In this document: in pieces, positions 33,821 through 44,533 of the stretch | Numbering within the stretch: position 1 is the first letter of the stretch | Layout of the letters: every line of letters starts with the position of its first letter | Origin: Candidatus Pelagibacterales bacterium | Lineage (GTDB): Bacteria; Pseudomonadota; Alphaproteobacteria; Pelagibacterales; AG-422-B15 | Length of the DNA: 64,000 bases | Direction: 5' to 3' | NCBI GenBank assembly: GCA_029242795.1 | Contig: JAQWTH010000028.1 | Location: forward strand, 4,150-68,149 | Program-made: the position numbers and the translations under genes | The notes under the pieces: generated by a model | Database searches by the model: none | What the model saw: the letters and a program-made list of their open reading frames with translations, nothing else | Told to the model about the DNA's origin: nothing

Positions 33821-35110
33821 ATGCTAGAAAATATATTCAAGCTTAGCAGTAACAGCACTTCTGTTAGAACAGAAATTGTTGCTGGTTTCGCAACATTTTT
33901 AACAATGGCTTATATCATTGTTGTTAACCCAGCAATATTATCCACTGAAGGAACAGGAATGGACTTTGGAGGTGTATTTGTCGCAACAATCATAGCAGCG
34001 GTTATTGGTTGTTTGATTATGGGATTGTGGGCAAATTGGCCTATCGCACTTGCACCAGGAATGGGACTTAATGCATTTTTTGCTTTTGGTGTCGTATTTG
34101 GAATGGGTTACACATATCAACAGGCCTTAACAGCAGTTTTTGTTGCTGGTTTGGTTTTCATCTTATTATCTGTAACACCAGCAAGGCAATGGATCATTAA
34201 CAGTATTCCTAGAAGTATGAAATTTGGTGTTGGCGCTGGAATAGGTTTGTTTCTTGCAATCATCGGACTTAAAAATGCTGGAGTAGTCGTAGATAATCCT
34301 GCGACCCTTGTTGGCCTAGGCGATGTCACATCTATGCCTGTTATTTTAGCTGCAGTGGGTTTTATGATAATGGCAATCCTGGATAAGCGAGGTGTAACTG
34401 GATCGATCATTATTGGTATTTTAGCCGTAAGTGTTATTGCTTGGGTTATGGGAATTAGCTCTATTGAAGGTGTTGTAGGCTCTATTCCTCCTGCCTCACA
34501 TGCTTTCTCTTTAGACTTTAGTCTTATAGCAACTTCTGGTTTTATAGGTGTTGCGTTTGCGTTTCTGTTTGTTGATTTTTTTGACACGGCGGGAACATTA
34601 ACATCAGTTGCAAACTTAACTGGCAAAGTTGATAGTGAAGGTAAAGTTGATGGTATTGGAAAAGCTGTATTAGCTGATTCAGTTGCTACAACGGTTGGTG
34701 CGTTAGCAGGTACTTCAAATACTACTTCATACATTGAATCTGGTGCTGGCGTAAAAGAAGGTGGTAAAACAGGACTTACAGCTGTTACAGTAGCTGTTCT
34801 TTTTGCTATCTGTTTATTTTTAGCTCCATTAGCTCAAAGTATCCCTGCTTTTGCAACAGCTCCTGCATTAGTTTTTGTTGCAACATTTTTTCTTAAAAAT
34901 CTAAGGGATATTGAATGGGACGATGTTAGCGAATATGCTCCAGCAGTTCTTGCGGCAGTACTAATGCCTCTGACTTTTAGTATTGCACATGGAATTGCTT
35001 TAGGCTTTATCGCTTATGTTGTTATAAAAGCGCTTAGTGGAAGACATGAAGACTTAAATGCAGGATCGATTGTAATTGGGATATTGTCGGTTCTATACTT
35101 TATAGCTTAG
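33821..35110 (+). CDS. NCS2/AzgA-family purine (adenine/guanine/hypoxanthine) permease
   Basis: 429 aa polytopic protein with TEIVAGFATFLTMAYIIVVNP, FDTAGTL and TSYIESGAG motifs. Confidence 0.87.
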   Translation: MLENIFKLSSNSTSVRTEIVAGFATFLTMAYIIVVNPAILSTEGTGMDFGGVFVATIIAAVIGCLIMGLWANWPIALAPGMGLNAFFAFGVVFGMGYTYQQALTAVFVAGLVFILLSVTPARQWIINSIPRSMKFGVGAGIGLFLAIIGLKNAGVVVDNPATLVGLGDVTSMPVILAAVGFMIMAILDKRGVTGSIIIGILAVSVIAWVMGISSIEGVVGSIPPASHAFSLDFSLIATSGFIGVAFAFLFVDFFDTAGTLTSVANLTGKVDSEGKVDGIGKAVLADSVATTVGALAGTSNTTSYIESGAGVKEGGKTGLTAVTVAVLFAICLFLAPLAQSIPAFATAPALVFVATFFLKNLRDIEWDDVSEYAPAVLAAVLMPLTFSIAHGIALGFIAYVVIKALSGRHEDLNAGSIVIGILSVLYFIA

Positions 35111-35119
35111 AGGTAAAAA

Positions 35120-35566
35120 CTAGTGATTGGCTTTGTCTTCCTCATCCCAGGGGAAGACGGGCCAAGTTTCCTGAGTAATTTCTTCAACATACGTATTTGC
35201 TAACGGAAGACCTCTTGGTTTAGCGTAAATAACAGCTAAATGCATATTTGGCATAAATTCTCTCAGAGCTTTTGCAGTGCCTCCTTTGTCTACTATATCA
35301 TCAATAACTAAAACTACTTCATCAGTTTTAGGGGCTCTATGAACATAAGCTTGACCGGGTTCTCTATGAATATAACTTTGTATTGAGACAATATCGACAT
35401 CTTGGATTCCAAGACAGTAGGCCACAACTGAAGCTGGAACAAAACCACCTCTTGAAACAACGACCATTTTTGTAAAGTTTATATTTTTATTTTTAATTAA
35501 TTCAGCAAGCTTGACAGCTTTTTCATGAATTTCATCATATGTTGGAAAAACAAGCTTATGGTCCAT
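35120..35566 (-). CDS. gpt: xanthine/guanine phosphoribosyltransferase
   Basis: 148 aa with VVSRGGFVPA and PRPP motif VLVIDDIVDKGGTA. It is convergent with the purine permease. Confidence 0.85.
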   Translation of the reverse strand: MDHKLVFPTYDEIHEKAVKLAELIKNKNINFTKMVVVSRGGFVPASVVAYCLGIQDVDIVSIQSYIHREPGQAYVHRAPKTDEVVLVIDDIVDKGGTAKALREFMPNMHLAVIYAKPRGLPLANTYVEEITQETWPVFPWDEEDKANH

Positions 35567-36655
35567 TTAATTATTAAATAGGAAGTGCATTACGTCACCA
35601 TCTTGCACAACATATTCCTTTCCCTCACTTCTTAGTTTGCCTAATTCTCTAGCTTTTGTTTCACCTTTGCAAGTAATAAAATCTTCTGATGAAATAGTTT
35701 CAGCTCTGATAAAGCCGCTTTTAAAATCAGTATGAATTTTTCCTGCTGCATCTGGAGCAAGGGTATTTTTTTCAATAGTCCATGCTCTACTTTCCATCTC
35801 TCCAGAAGTAAAATAAGTTATTAAGTTAAGAGTGTCGTATCCTTCTCTAATAATCTTATTTAAACCTGATTCTTTGAGTCCAAGAGATGATAAAAAGTCT
35901 GGTTGCTCCTCATTTGATAATGTTGCAATTTGTGACTCAATATCTGCAGAAATTAAAATTATATTTGATTTAATATGGTCTTTAAAACTTGCTGAGAATT
36001 TATTGCCATCGATAATTGAGTTTTCATCAACATTACAGACATAAATTACAGGTTTCAGTGTTATTAAATTATATTCATTTAAATATGACTTAATTTCTGA
36101 AATATTTTCAATAGATCTTGCACTCATTCCACTAGATAAATGAGATATTACTTGATCAATATATTGAGCTTTCTTTAAAGCATCCTTATCACCTTTTTTA
36201 ACCAATTTTTGTATACCAACACTAATTTTTTCAAGCATTTCAAGATCAGATAAAATAAGTTCTGTTTCAATAACTTCTGAATCATTAATAGGATCTATTG
36301 AGTTACTTACATGAGTAATATTTTCATCTTCAAAACATCTAACCAGATGAATTACTGCATCAACTTCTCTTATATGTGATAAAAATTTATTACCTAAGCC
36401 TTCACCTTTTGAGGCACCTTTTACTAGTCCCGCGATATCGTAAAACTTTAAAGTCGCAGGTATTGTTTTTTTTGAGTTTGAAATTTCACTCAATTTATAA
36501 ATTCTTTCATCAGGAACAACAACTGTGCCTTCATTTGGTTCAATTGTACAAAATGGGTAATTTGCTGCTTCTGCCGTTATTTTTTTTGTTAGGGCATTAA
36601 ATAAAGTTGATTTGCCAACGTTGGGAAGCCCAACTATTCCACAACTAAATCCCAT
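35567..36655 (-). CDS. ychF: redox-regulated ATPase YchF
   Basis: 362 aa with GIVGLPNVGKSTLFNALT, DIAGLVKGAS and a C-terminal TGS-like domain. Confidence 0.95.
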   Translation of the reverse strand: MGFSCGIVGLPNVGKSTLFNALTKKITAEAANYPFCTIEPNEGTVVVPDERIYKLSEISNSKKTIPATLKFYDIAGLVKGASKGEGLGNKFLSHIREVDAVIHLVRCFEDENITHVSNSIDPINDSEVIETELILSDLEMLEKISVGIQKLVKKGDKDALKKAQYIDQVISHLSSGMSARSIENISEIKSYLNEYNLITLKPVIYVCNVDENSIIDGNKFSASFKDHIKSNIILISADIESQIATLSNEEQPDFLSSLGLKESGLNKIIREGYDTLNLITYFTSGEMESRAWTIEKNTLAPDAAGKIHTDFKSGFIRAETISSEDFITCKGETKARELGKLRSEGKEYVVQDGDVMHFLFNN

Positions 36656-37224
36656 TATTGTATCTTAATTTTATTCATGAAAGTGGAATATTCTCTTTTA
36701 ATAAGTAAATCAATATTGTTTGAGATATTCTCATTTATTTGATCAAAAATAGTTAACTCGTTTTTTTTGAAGTTTGAGAGAACATGCTTAATCACAAGTT
36801 CTTTATTTCCAGGATGTTCAATTCCCATCCTAATTCTATTATAGTTTTTACCTATATAGCTATCGATAGACTTTAATCCATTGTGACCAGCAGGATTTCC
36901 ACCTTCTTTGATGCGAACTTTTCCAAGTTTTAGATCTAAATCATCATGAAAGACAAAAAGATTATCTATTTTTACTTTGTAGAATTTTATTAGTTTTGAT
37001 ATCGAAAATCCACATTCATTCATAAATTCATATGATCTAAATAAAATAATCTTTTTTCCATGGAGTTGTAATTTAAAACAATCACCATTAATTTTACTGC
37101 CACTAATTGGCTCAGCATTTAAATTTTCACAAATTTTATCTATAGCCATAAAGCCAATATTATGGCGGTTTAGAGAGTATTTATCTCCAGGATTTCCTAA
37201 TCCTATCAAAGCAATCATAGACAA
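36655..37224 (-). CDS. pth: peptidyl-tRNA hydrolase
   Basis: 189 aa with GLGNPG..Y..NRHNIGF, HDDLD and GHNGLKS. Confidence 0.93.
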   Translation of the reverse strand: MSMIALIGLGNPGDKYSLNRHNIGFMAIDKICENLNAEPISGSKINGDCFKLQLHGKKIILFRSYEFMNECGFSISKLIKFYKVKIDNLFVFHDDLDLKLGKVRIKEGGNPAGHNGLKSIDSYIGKNYNRIRMGIEHPGNKELVIKHVLSNFKKNELTIFDQINENISNNIDLLIKREYSTFMNKIKIQ

Positions 37225-37260
37225 ATAGTATATGGTAAAAAAATTTTAAAAAGAGATACT

Positions 37261-37950
37261 TTAAGATTTATCTTCTTCTTTTGACTCTTGTGCTGCTTCA
37301 GTAGCTTTTGTGTCAGCATCCCCATCAGTTGCAGCATCGCCTTCACCTTCAGCTCCTTCTGCTTGCGGCTCTGGTTCCTTGACAACAGTAGGTGCTGCGA
37401 CAGAAGCAACAGTAAAATCTCTATCGGTAATTGTTGGCTGAACACCTTCATCCAAATTGACCATTGATATTCTAATTGTGTCTCCAATTTCAAGATCAGT
37501 AAGATCAAATACCAACTCTTCAGGAATATTGTTTGCAGGACAATTTAATTGTACGGTTCTTCTATTTACATTTAATACACCACCGCGTTTCAGACCAGGT
37601 GATGCTTCTTCATTAATAAATCTTGTTGGAATATCAAGAGTAATTTTTGAGTCTTCTGATAATCTTAGGAAATCAACATGAATTGGCTGATCTGATAATG
37701 GATGAAATTGAATATCTCTAGGTATAGCAAGATTTTTTTTACCATCAATGTTCAAATTGAATATTTTTGTTAAAAAGCCACCAGCATTTAATTCTTTTTG
37801 AATGAAAATTTTATCGATAGCAATATTAACTGGTTTTTCATTAAGGCCATATAGGATTGATGGTATTTTGCCACCTGCCATAACTTTTTTAACAGCAGAT
37901 TTTCCAGATCCATCACGAATAACTGCTTCAATATTTGTCTCTTTTGCCAT
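37261..37950 (-). CDS. rplY: 50S ribosomal protein L25 (Ctc long form)
   Basis: 229 aa with GK..RR..G.IP..LYG-type N-terminus (GGKIPSILYG), the IQFHPL...HVDF motif and an acidic low-complexity tail. Confidence 0.92.
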   Translation of the reverse strand: MAKETNIEAVIRDGSGKSAVKKVMAGGKIPSILYGLNEKPVNIAIDKIFIQKELNAGGFLTKIFNLNIDGKKNLAIPRDIQFHPLSDQPIHVDFLRLSEDSKITLDIPTRFINEEASPGLKRGGVLNVNRRTVQLNCPANNIPEELVFDLTDLEIGDTIRISMVNLDEGVQPTITDRDFTVASVAAPTVVKEPEPQAEGAEGEGDAATDGDADTKATEAAQESKEEDKS

Positions 37951-38002
37951 GATATTTGTAGTGGTAATAAATTAAATTATAATAGAAGGCAAGTTTAATT
38001 AA

Positions 38003-38938
38003 TTAAAATTCAAACAAGCTTGAGACTGAACTTTCTTCTGAAATTCGCCGAATTGCTTCCCCTAATAAGTCTGAAATAGGTATAATTCTTATCTTTTCAA
38101 GCTCCTTGGCATTTTCAGTATTATTGATAGTGTCGGTAATTACCACTTCTTTTAATTTTGAGTCCTTAATTCTACTAAGAGCTTTTCCCGATAACACTCC
38201 GTGAGTTACATAAGCCGTAACACTCTTAGCTCCAATATCTATCAATTTATCTGCGGCATTACATATTGTTCCAGCTGAGTCGATAATATCATCCAAAATG
38301 ATGCAATCCTTTTCATTAACATCACCAATTATATTCATTACTTCGCTCTCACCAGCTTTTGGTCGTCTTTTGTCAACAATTGCAATCGATGCACCAAATT
38401 TACTAGCAATTGCTCTCGCTCTTACAACCCCTCCTATATCTGGAGAAACAGCTACAAGATTTGATAGATCAAATTGATCCTTTATATCTCTCGAAAAAAC
38501 AGGGCCTGCAAATAAATTATCAGTCGGAATATCGAAAAAACCCTGAATTTGTTCAGCATGCAAATCTACAGTTAAAACTCTGTCTGCGCCAGCAGTAGAA
38601 ATTAAGTTTGCAACTAATTTTGCAGAAATAGGTGTTCTTGGTCCTGGTTTTCTATCCTGTCTTGCATAGCCAAAGTAAGGCAGCACAGCAGTAATCCGTT
38701 TTGCGGAAGCTCTTTTTAATGCATCAATAATCACAAGAAGTTCCATTAAATTATCATTAGCCGGGTAAGATGTTGACTCAATTACAAATACGTCCTCACC
38801 TCTAATGTTTTCTTTAATTTCAACATAAACTTCTTCATCAGCAAATCGTCGAATTGAAGCCTTTGCAAGGTCAATTTTAAGGTATTTACCTACATCTGAG
38901 GAAAGTGGAAGATTGCTATTTCCGGCAATAATTTTCAT
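38003..38938 (-). CDS. prs: ribose-phosphate pyrophosphokinase
   Basis: 311 aa with [21 protein letters not shown] and PRPP loop [11 protein letters not shown]. Confidence 0.96.
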   Translation of the reverse strand: MKIIAGNSNLPLSSDVGKYLKIDLAKASIRRFADEEVYVEIKENIRGEDVFVIESTSYPANDNLMELLVIIDALKRASAKRITAVLPYFGYARQDRKPGPRTPISAKLVANLISTAGADRVLTVDLHAEQIQGFFDIPTDNLFAGPVFSRDIKDQFDLSNLVAVSPDIGGVVRARAIASKFGASIAIVDKRRPKAGESEVMNIIGDVNEKDCIILDDIIDSAGTICNAADKLIDIGAKSVTAYVTHGVLSGKALSRIKDSKLKEVVITDTINNTENAKELEKIRIIPISDLLGEAIRRISEESSVSSLFEF

Positions 38939-38943
38939 TATAT

Positions 38944-39705
38944 TTAATCTTTTATAACAATTGTTGAGATCATTCTACCATAATCATTTTCTTTTTTTAT
39001 TAATGATTTTCTGTAGCTAAAACAGATATGGTCTTCTTTAAACGTATCAATTCTTATTGAATTGATACTGTTAACACCAAGTCTTGATAATTTATCAATA
39101 ATATATCCCTCTAGAGAGAATGTATATTTACCTCTCTTTTTGGATTTTTTTTCAAAAAATTGATACGCACTATTTTTGGTAGATACAAATTCATCATAAA
39201 AATCTTTTCCAACCTCGTACGACTCTTGGCCGATGCAAGGCCCAATTGCACATCTGATATTATTTGTTTTCGAGCCAATACTTTTCATTTTGATTAATGT
39301 ATTCTCAATAATTCCCGTTAATGCACCTTTCCAACCAGCATGACATGCACCCACAACCATATTATCTGGATCGTAGAATAAAATTGGAGCACAATCAGCA
39401 GTTAAAATACCCAAAATAATATTTTTCTTATTTGTCACTAATCCATCAAAACATAAATTATATTTTTTTATATTCTGATCAGAAATTATTACAGCTCTAT
39501 TTGAGTGAGTTTGGTGTAAAGTAATAATATCATTAATTTTTAAGTCATAGTAATCTGCTACAAATTTTAAATTTCTTTTAATATTTGAATTGCTATCATT
39601 GGATCCTTTGCCACAATTAAGACTATAATATTGATCAGTTGATACCCCCCCTAATTTTGAAAAAAAACAATGATCAATTTCTTCAAGATTTTTAGAAAAA
39701 AACAT
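38944..39705 (-). CDS. pgeF: YfiH/PgeF (DUF152, laccase-domain) family protein
   Basis: 253 aa with [16 protein letters not shown] and CHAGWKG motifs. Confidence 0.85.
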   Translation of the reverse strand: MFFSKNLEEIDHCFFSKLGGVSTDQYYSLNCGKGSNDSNSNIKRNLKFVADYYDLKINDIITLHQTHSNRAVIISDQNIKKYNLCFDGLVTNKKNIILGILTADCAPILFYDPDNMVVGACHAGWKGALTGIIENTLIKMKSIGSKTNNIRCAIGPCIGQESYEVGKDFYDEFVSTKNSAYQFFEKKSKKRGKYTFSLEGYIIDKLSRLGVNSINSIRIDTFKEDHICFSYRKSLIKKENDYGRMISTIVIKD

Positions 39706-39708
39706 CTG

Positions 39709-40743
39709 TTAATTAGAGCTAAATTGTAAAAATTTGAATAAGGTTCCCATTTTATCAATATCAATTAATCTAGACACTTGATTAAGAATTTCAGTTTTTT
39801 TTTCTTTATTTTTTCTTATTAGTACTTCAGCCCTATAATTGATACCATTTTCAATCAAAAATTTTCTTTGAGTTCGTATCAATTTATTTTTTATCTTTTT
39901 TTTATCAAGGATTTTTAATAATTCATTAAAATTTACGTTAGATGTTAAATCCTGCTTTCCTATACTATCAAAAAAGTTAGTTTTTTTGTTATTTTTGATT
40001 GATTGAAGAGTGCTTACATTCTGTTCAGATATATATCCATAGTCCATAATTATCATCATACCTTTATTTTTTAATATGCGATTAACTAATGCCTCAAATA
40101 ATAGAATAGCAGCTGGTGATTTTTCAATAACTTGGTTACTAGAAAATTTATCTAGATCAAATAGTGCTTCGTATTCTTTTCTAATTTCTTTTTTATCAAA
40201 AATAAGCTTTCCAGAGTCTTTTGTTATTATTGTCTCATACAGCTTGTTATCAATCTTATGAGCCTGAACTATAGGAAAAGCATCAAAGAATTCATTTGCT
40301 ACGTATATTGAATTCTTGTTTGGCAGTGTATCATCTGACAAATGAATGATGCAATCACTAAATTTTTCTTTAAGATTATTTTGAAAATTTTTATTTATTT
40401 CAACAAAATGAATATCATAATGAATTTCATTTTTAAAAATAGTCGATAAGACTCTAACAATATCTTTCATTAAGGTTCCTTTGCCTGGACCTAATTCAAT
40501 TAAATCAAATTCTTTAAGATGATTTTCTTTTACATAGTTGGCAATGAAAAGGCCTACTATTTCTCCATAAAGCTGTGATATTTCAGGAGCAGTGATGAAA
40601 TCTCCATTTTTGCCTAAAGGGTTTCCAGATCTATAATAGCTAAGTTCTAATTTATTAAGAGAAATCTCAATAAACTCATCAAGGTGAATATAGCCTCTCT
40701 TGTCAATAATGCTTAAAATTTTAACTTCTGGCTCAATCAACAT
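39709..40743 (-). CDS. SAM-dependent methyltransferase, MidA/NDUFAF7-like (DUF185)
   Basis: 344 aa with GDFITAPEISQLYGE and ELGPGKGTLM. It sits in the lgt-methyltransferase-pgeF cluster. Confidence 0.8.
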   Translation of the reverse strand: MLIEPEVKILSIIDKRGYIHLDEFIEISLNKLELSYYRSGNPLGKNGDFITAPEISQLYGEIVGLFIANYVKENHLKEFDLIELGPGKGTLMKDIVRVLSTIFKNEIHYDIHFVEINKNFQNNLKEKFSDCIIHLSDDTLPNKNSIYVANEFFDAFPIVQAHKIDNKLYETIITKDSGKLIFDKKEIRKEYEALFDLDKFSSNQVIEKSPAAILLFEALVNRILKNKGMMIIMDYGYISEQNVSTLQSIKNNKKTNFFDSIGKQDLTSNVNFNELLKILDKKKIKNKLIRTQRKFLIENGINYRAEVLIRKNKEKKTEILNQVSRLIDIDKMGTLFKFLQFSSN

Positions 40744-41545
40744 TATTTTTTTTTGAAATAAATAAAATTATAAAGCCCGCAATTATCATCGGTACCGATA
40801 GTATCATCCCCATTGTTAGGAAATCAAAAATAAAGCCTAATTGAGAATCAGGTTCTCTTGTAAATTCTATTAAAAATCTGAATGTTCCATAAAGAATCAA
40901 AAAAATTGAACTTGTTACCCCTGGATTTGATAATTTTTTAAATCCAAATATTAAAAAGTTTAGAATCAAAAATATTAAAATACCCTCAAAAAAAGCCTCA
41001 TAAAGTTGACTTGGATGTCTAATTTTTCCATCTGCGTTTGGAAAAATCATTCCAAAAAATGATGATGAAGGTCTTCCATATAACTCACCATTTATAAAAT
41101 TTGCAATTCTACCAAAGAAAATTCCTACAGGGGCAGATGAACATATTAAATCACTAATAATATAAAATTTAATTTCATATTTTAACTTAATATAAAAAAT
41201 AGCAATTATAATTCCTACCAAACCACCATGGAAAGACAGTCCTCCTTCCCAGACATAAAGTGCGTGAATAGGATTATTTAAATAATATGAACCATTATAA
41301 AAAATCACATAGGCAAGGCGAGCACCAACAATCAATCCAATTATGGAATAAAAAATGAGGTCATCTACTGATTGACTATCAAGATTTGTTTTGAACCCAT
41401 ATAATTCTTTTTTATTTGATAAGAATTTAATATATTGCCATGCAAATAAAAATCCGATTATATAAGCCATTGAGTACCATCTGATTTCAAATGGACCTAT
41501 AGAAAATATAATTGGGCTAATAGATGGATAATCGAGATAAATCAT
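40733..41545 (-). CDS. lgt: prolipoprotein diacylglyceryl transferase
   Basis: IFSIGPFEIRWY, FHGGL and GRIANFINGELYGRP. The ORF track uses TTG 41581. ATG 41545 (MIYLDYPSISP...) aligns better with the Lgt N-terminus. Confidence 0.92.
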   Translation of the reverse strand: MIYLDYPSISPIIFSIGPFEIRWYSMAYIIGFLFAWQYIKFLSNKKELYGFKTNLDSQSVDDLIFYSIIGLIVGARLAYVIFYNGSYYLNNPIHALYVWEGGLSFHGGLVGIIIAIFYIKLKYEIKFYIISDLICSSAPVGIFFGRIANFINGELYGRPSSSFFGMIFPNADGKIRHPSQLYEAFFEGILIFLILNFLIFGFKKLSNPGVTSSIFLILYGTFRFLIEFTREPDSQLGFIFDFLTMGMILSVPMIIAGFIILFISKKNNVD

Positions 41546-41725
41546 GTAACTTAATATAAACCAATAGTAATTTATCCTCAATGAAACCTAGTAATAATAT
41601 AAAAACAATAGCATCAAAGATATTTATAAATATTTATGAGTTCTCAAGCATATTTAAAGATGAAATAGTAATTTTTAAAAAATTTAGAGACGAAAAAAAA
41701 ATTAATAAACAGAGATTAGGTAAAG

Positions 41726-42547
41726 ATGACAGGAATATATAATAAAACTATCTTAATTATTGGTGCCGGCAACATGGGTGTTTCATTTATATCTTCATTG
41801 ATTAAGAACAAATTTTCTAGTAAAAAAATTATTGTACTTGAGCCAAAGCCATCAAAAAATGTTTTAAATTTAAAAAAAAGGAAAAAAATAGTTTTGATAA
41901 AAAAAGAAGAAGAGCTTAGTAATGTAGCTCTACCGGACCTAGCTTTACTCGCAGTGAAACCGAATCAAGTTGGTAATCTTTTTTCACTAAATCTGGCAAA
42001 ATTTATAAAAAGATCAGTAATTATTTCAATTATTGCAGGCAAAAAGACTTCAACATTAAGAAAGTTATCGAATCAAAATTTAAATATTGTTAGATCAATG
42101 ACAAACACCCCTATATCAGTTGGCATGGGATCATCAATTGTTTATTTTGATAAAAAAACAAGTTCAAAAGCAAAAAAACTATCTAAGCAATTCTTGAGTC
42201 TTGTAGGTCAGGTCGTTGAAGTAAATAAAGAGTCTCAGATAGATACTTTTACTGCAATATTTGGAAGCGGTCCGGCATATGTTTATTTCTTTATTGAAAC
42301 ACTATCAAAAATTGCCTCAAAAAATGGTTTTAAACAATCTGATGAAATGATTATTCATCTTTTTTTAGGATCTATATTGCTCATGATTGATAAGGGAGAG
42401 CACCCTTCAATATTAAGACAAAAAGTTACTAGCAAAGGAGGTACGACTGATGCTGCAATTAGGTCCCTTATTTCCTCAGATAATTTTTACAAAATTTTGA
42501 ATAGGGCAATAACACAGGCAAGAGACAGATCTAAAAAACTAAATTAA
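41726..42547 (+). CDS. proC: pyrroline-5-carboxylate reductase
   Basis: 273 aa with IGAGNMG, the RSMTNTP region, and VTSKGGTT at the C-terminus. Confidence 0.9.
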   Translation: MTGIYNKTILIIGAGNMGVSFISSLIKNKFSSKKIIVLEPKPSKNVLNLKKRKKIVLIKKEEELSNVALPDLALLAVKPNQVGNLFSLNLAKFIKRSVIISIIAGKKTSTLRKLSNQNLNIVRSMTNTPISVGMGSSIVYFDKKTSSKAKKLSKQFLSLVGQVVEVNKESQIDTFTAIFGSGPAYVYFFIETLSKIASKNGFKQSDEMIIHLFLGSILLMIDKGEHPSILRQKVTSKGGTTDAAIRSLISSDNFYKILNRAITQARDRSKKLN

Positions 42548-42552
42548 TTTTT

Positions 42553-43857
42553 TTATTTATTCTCAATCTCAATTTTTACCTCTAGGCCTCCAAGAAAACT
42601 ATCTTTAAGAACAATTGAGCCATTGATTTGAGATAATAATGATTTTGAAATAGATAGGCCCAGTCCTGAATTGGTTTTGTTTTGATTTCTACTTTTATCT
42701 ATTCGATAAAAAGGTTTAAAAACTCTTTCTTTTTCATGATCAGGAATGCCAGGACCATTGTCATGAATACTAACGAGTATTAATTGACTATTAATTTCTA
42801 TCAATATTTTAATATGATCTGCATGTAATACAGAGTTATTGAGTACATTTATAATTACTCTATTGAAGATATTTGCATTTACAACTGATCCAGTATCTTC
42901 AGTAACTTCAACTTCAATATTTTTATCCTTAAAATTTATATCATTTTTTATTTTTAAAATTGCTTCGATAGGACTAATATTGCCACCTTTCGTTTGTTGT
43001 TCAGTAGAAGAAAATTCTAAATACTCATTTAACATTTCATTCATATGCTGAACTTCATCATTTAGAGATTGTTTTATTTCATCTTCCTTAATTGACTCAG
43101 TTTGTAAACGAATTCGAGTAAGAGGAGTTTTTAAGTCATGGCTAACTCCTGCAAGCATGAGAGAACGTTGGTCAATTTGTTTTACAATTCTATCTTTCAT
43201 TTTGAGGAATTCTTTTGAGGCAAGTCTAACTTCAGAAGCCCCAGAAACCTTAAAATCATCAATATTTTGACCTTTTCCAAAACTTTCAGCAGCTCTTGCA
43301 AGGTTAGTGATTGGCTTAATTTGATTTTTAAGAAAAAGCATAGAAATGATTATCAGTATTAATGAAGAAATAATTTGCCATCCTAAAAAAATATGATTCC
43401 TTGATGTATTAATTCTTTTTTTATAAAAAATAAATTCCATAAAGCTCGTATCAAATTGTAGCACTACTGATACTTTATCATTATCATTTAAATCTTTAAT
43501 ATATATTTCTTTTTTAAAAGAGTTTGATAATTCAGTTCTCAAAGTTTGAAATATGATGCTCTCTTTTTTATATTCTTCATTTAATTGGTATGGGTTTTCT
43601 TCATATAAATTTATTTCAAGACCAATTGATTTTTCAATCAATGTTGCCTCTGTATCTGAATAGCCCTTACTATTTATCAATTGTGATACAAGATTAATCT
43701 CTTGAACTACAGAACGAGATAATTGGTGCAACGTTCTTTCCCATAAACTATTGTAATAGTATGATAAAATTATGAGTTGAAACATTATGAAGGGGAATAT
43801 CACTATCAGTATTGTTCTACCAAGTAGGTTCTGAGGTAAAAAATTTTTTATTTTCAT
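42553..43857 (-). CDS. EnvZ-like sensor histidine kinase
   Basis: 434 aa with two TM helices, a HAMP-like linker, H-box GVSHDLKTPLT, N-box, G1 DNGPGI and G2 GLGLSI. Confidence 0.87.
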   Translation of the reverse strand: MKIKNFLPQNLLGRTILIVIFPFIMFQLIILSYYYNSLWERTLHQLSRSVVQEINLVSQLINSKGYSDTEATLIEKSIGLEINLYEENPYQLNEEYKKESIIFQTLRTELSNSFKKEIYIKDLNDNDKVSVVLQFDTSFMEFIFYKKRINTSRNHIFLGWQIISSLILIIISMLFLKNQIKPITNLARAAESFGKGQNIDDFKVSGASEVRLASKEFLKMKDRIVKQIDQRSLMLAGVSHDLKTPLTRIRLQTESIKEDEIKQSLNDEVQHMNEMLNEYLEFSSTEQQTKGGNISPIEAILKIKNDINFKDKNIEVEVTEDTGSVVNANIFNRVIINVLNNSVLHADHIKILIEINSQLILVSIHDNGPGIPDHEKERVFKPFYRIDKSRNQNKTNSGLGLSISKSLLSQINGSIVLKDSFLGGLEVKIEIENK

Positions 43858-43858
43858 A

Positions 43859-44533
43859 TCAATCTATCCATAAAACATATCCAGATCCTCTTTTGGTTTT
43901 AAGATATTTTGGGACCTTAGGATTCTTTTCTATTTTTTTTCTCAATCTGTTAATACAAACATCTAATGTTCTCTCTTGATTAAAACCAAGTGATTTAATT
44001 AAGAACTCTCTTTTAAAGGATTCCCCTGGTTTTGAAGATAAAATTTCTAAGATTTTAATTTCATTTTCACTAAGCGATAAGTCTTTATTAAGTCCTTTGA
44101 TGGATCCAGTACTTAAATCAAGTAAAATATTATTTAATTGTAAGGTTTTGTTTTTTGATTTTGTTGAATTTTTCTTTAAAATATTGTTTATCCTAAGTTC
44201 TAATTCTTTAGGTTCAAATGGTTTAGCAATATAATCATCAGCACCTATCTCTAAACCTTGTATTACATCCTTTTTTTCATCCATTGCTGTTAAGTGAATT
44301 ATGGGTACATTAGAATAATTTCTTATCTCACGAGTCAAATCAAAACCATTCATTCCAGGCATCATTATATCAATAATTAATAAGTCAAATTTAATGTATT
44401 CAACCATTTCTTTTGCTTCATAAGCATTTTCTGCTGTTGAAACTAAGAAATTTTTACTAATTAAGAATGATTTTAGAAGTGATCTAATTTTATCATCATC
44501 ATCAACAATTAATAAGTGAAATTCAGGCATCAT
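43859..44533 (-). CDS. OmpR-family response regulator (PetR-like)
   Basis: 224 aa with a receiver domain (LIVDDDD, DIMMPG, AKPF) and a winged-helix output ending GSGYVL. Confidence 0.9.
   Translation of the reverse strand: MMPEFHLLIVDDDDKIRSLLKSFLISKNFLVSTAENAYEAKEMVEYIKFDLLIIDIMMPGMNGFDLTREIRNYSNVPIIHLTAMDEKKDVIQGLEIGADDYIAKPFEPKELELRINNILKKNSTKSKNKTLQLNNILLDLSTGSIKGLNKDLSLSENEIKILEILSSKPGESFKREFLIKSLGFNQERTLDVCINRLRKKIEKNPKVPKYLKTKRGSGYVLWID

Noticed and set aside
34117-34734. A 205-aa minus-strand ORF entirely inside the purine permease gene. Similar long antisense ORFs occur at 12204-12647 (inside smc), 50993-51547 (inside uvrB), 57148-57477 (inside carB) and 31233-31499 (inside petA).
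   Set aside because: Each lies antisense to a strongly recognisable conserved gene in a locally GC-richer stretch. Their translations are low-complexity (P/T/A/S-rich) with no recognisable motifs. They are typical shadow ORFs created by the codon bias of the real gene.
37215-37508. A 97-aa minus-strand ORF overlapping the 3' part of rplY in another frame.
   Set aside because: It is an out-of-frame shadow of the acidic, low-complexity L25 tail. It has no independent start context and no recognisable motifs.
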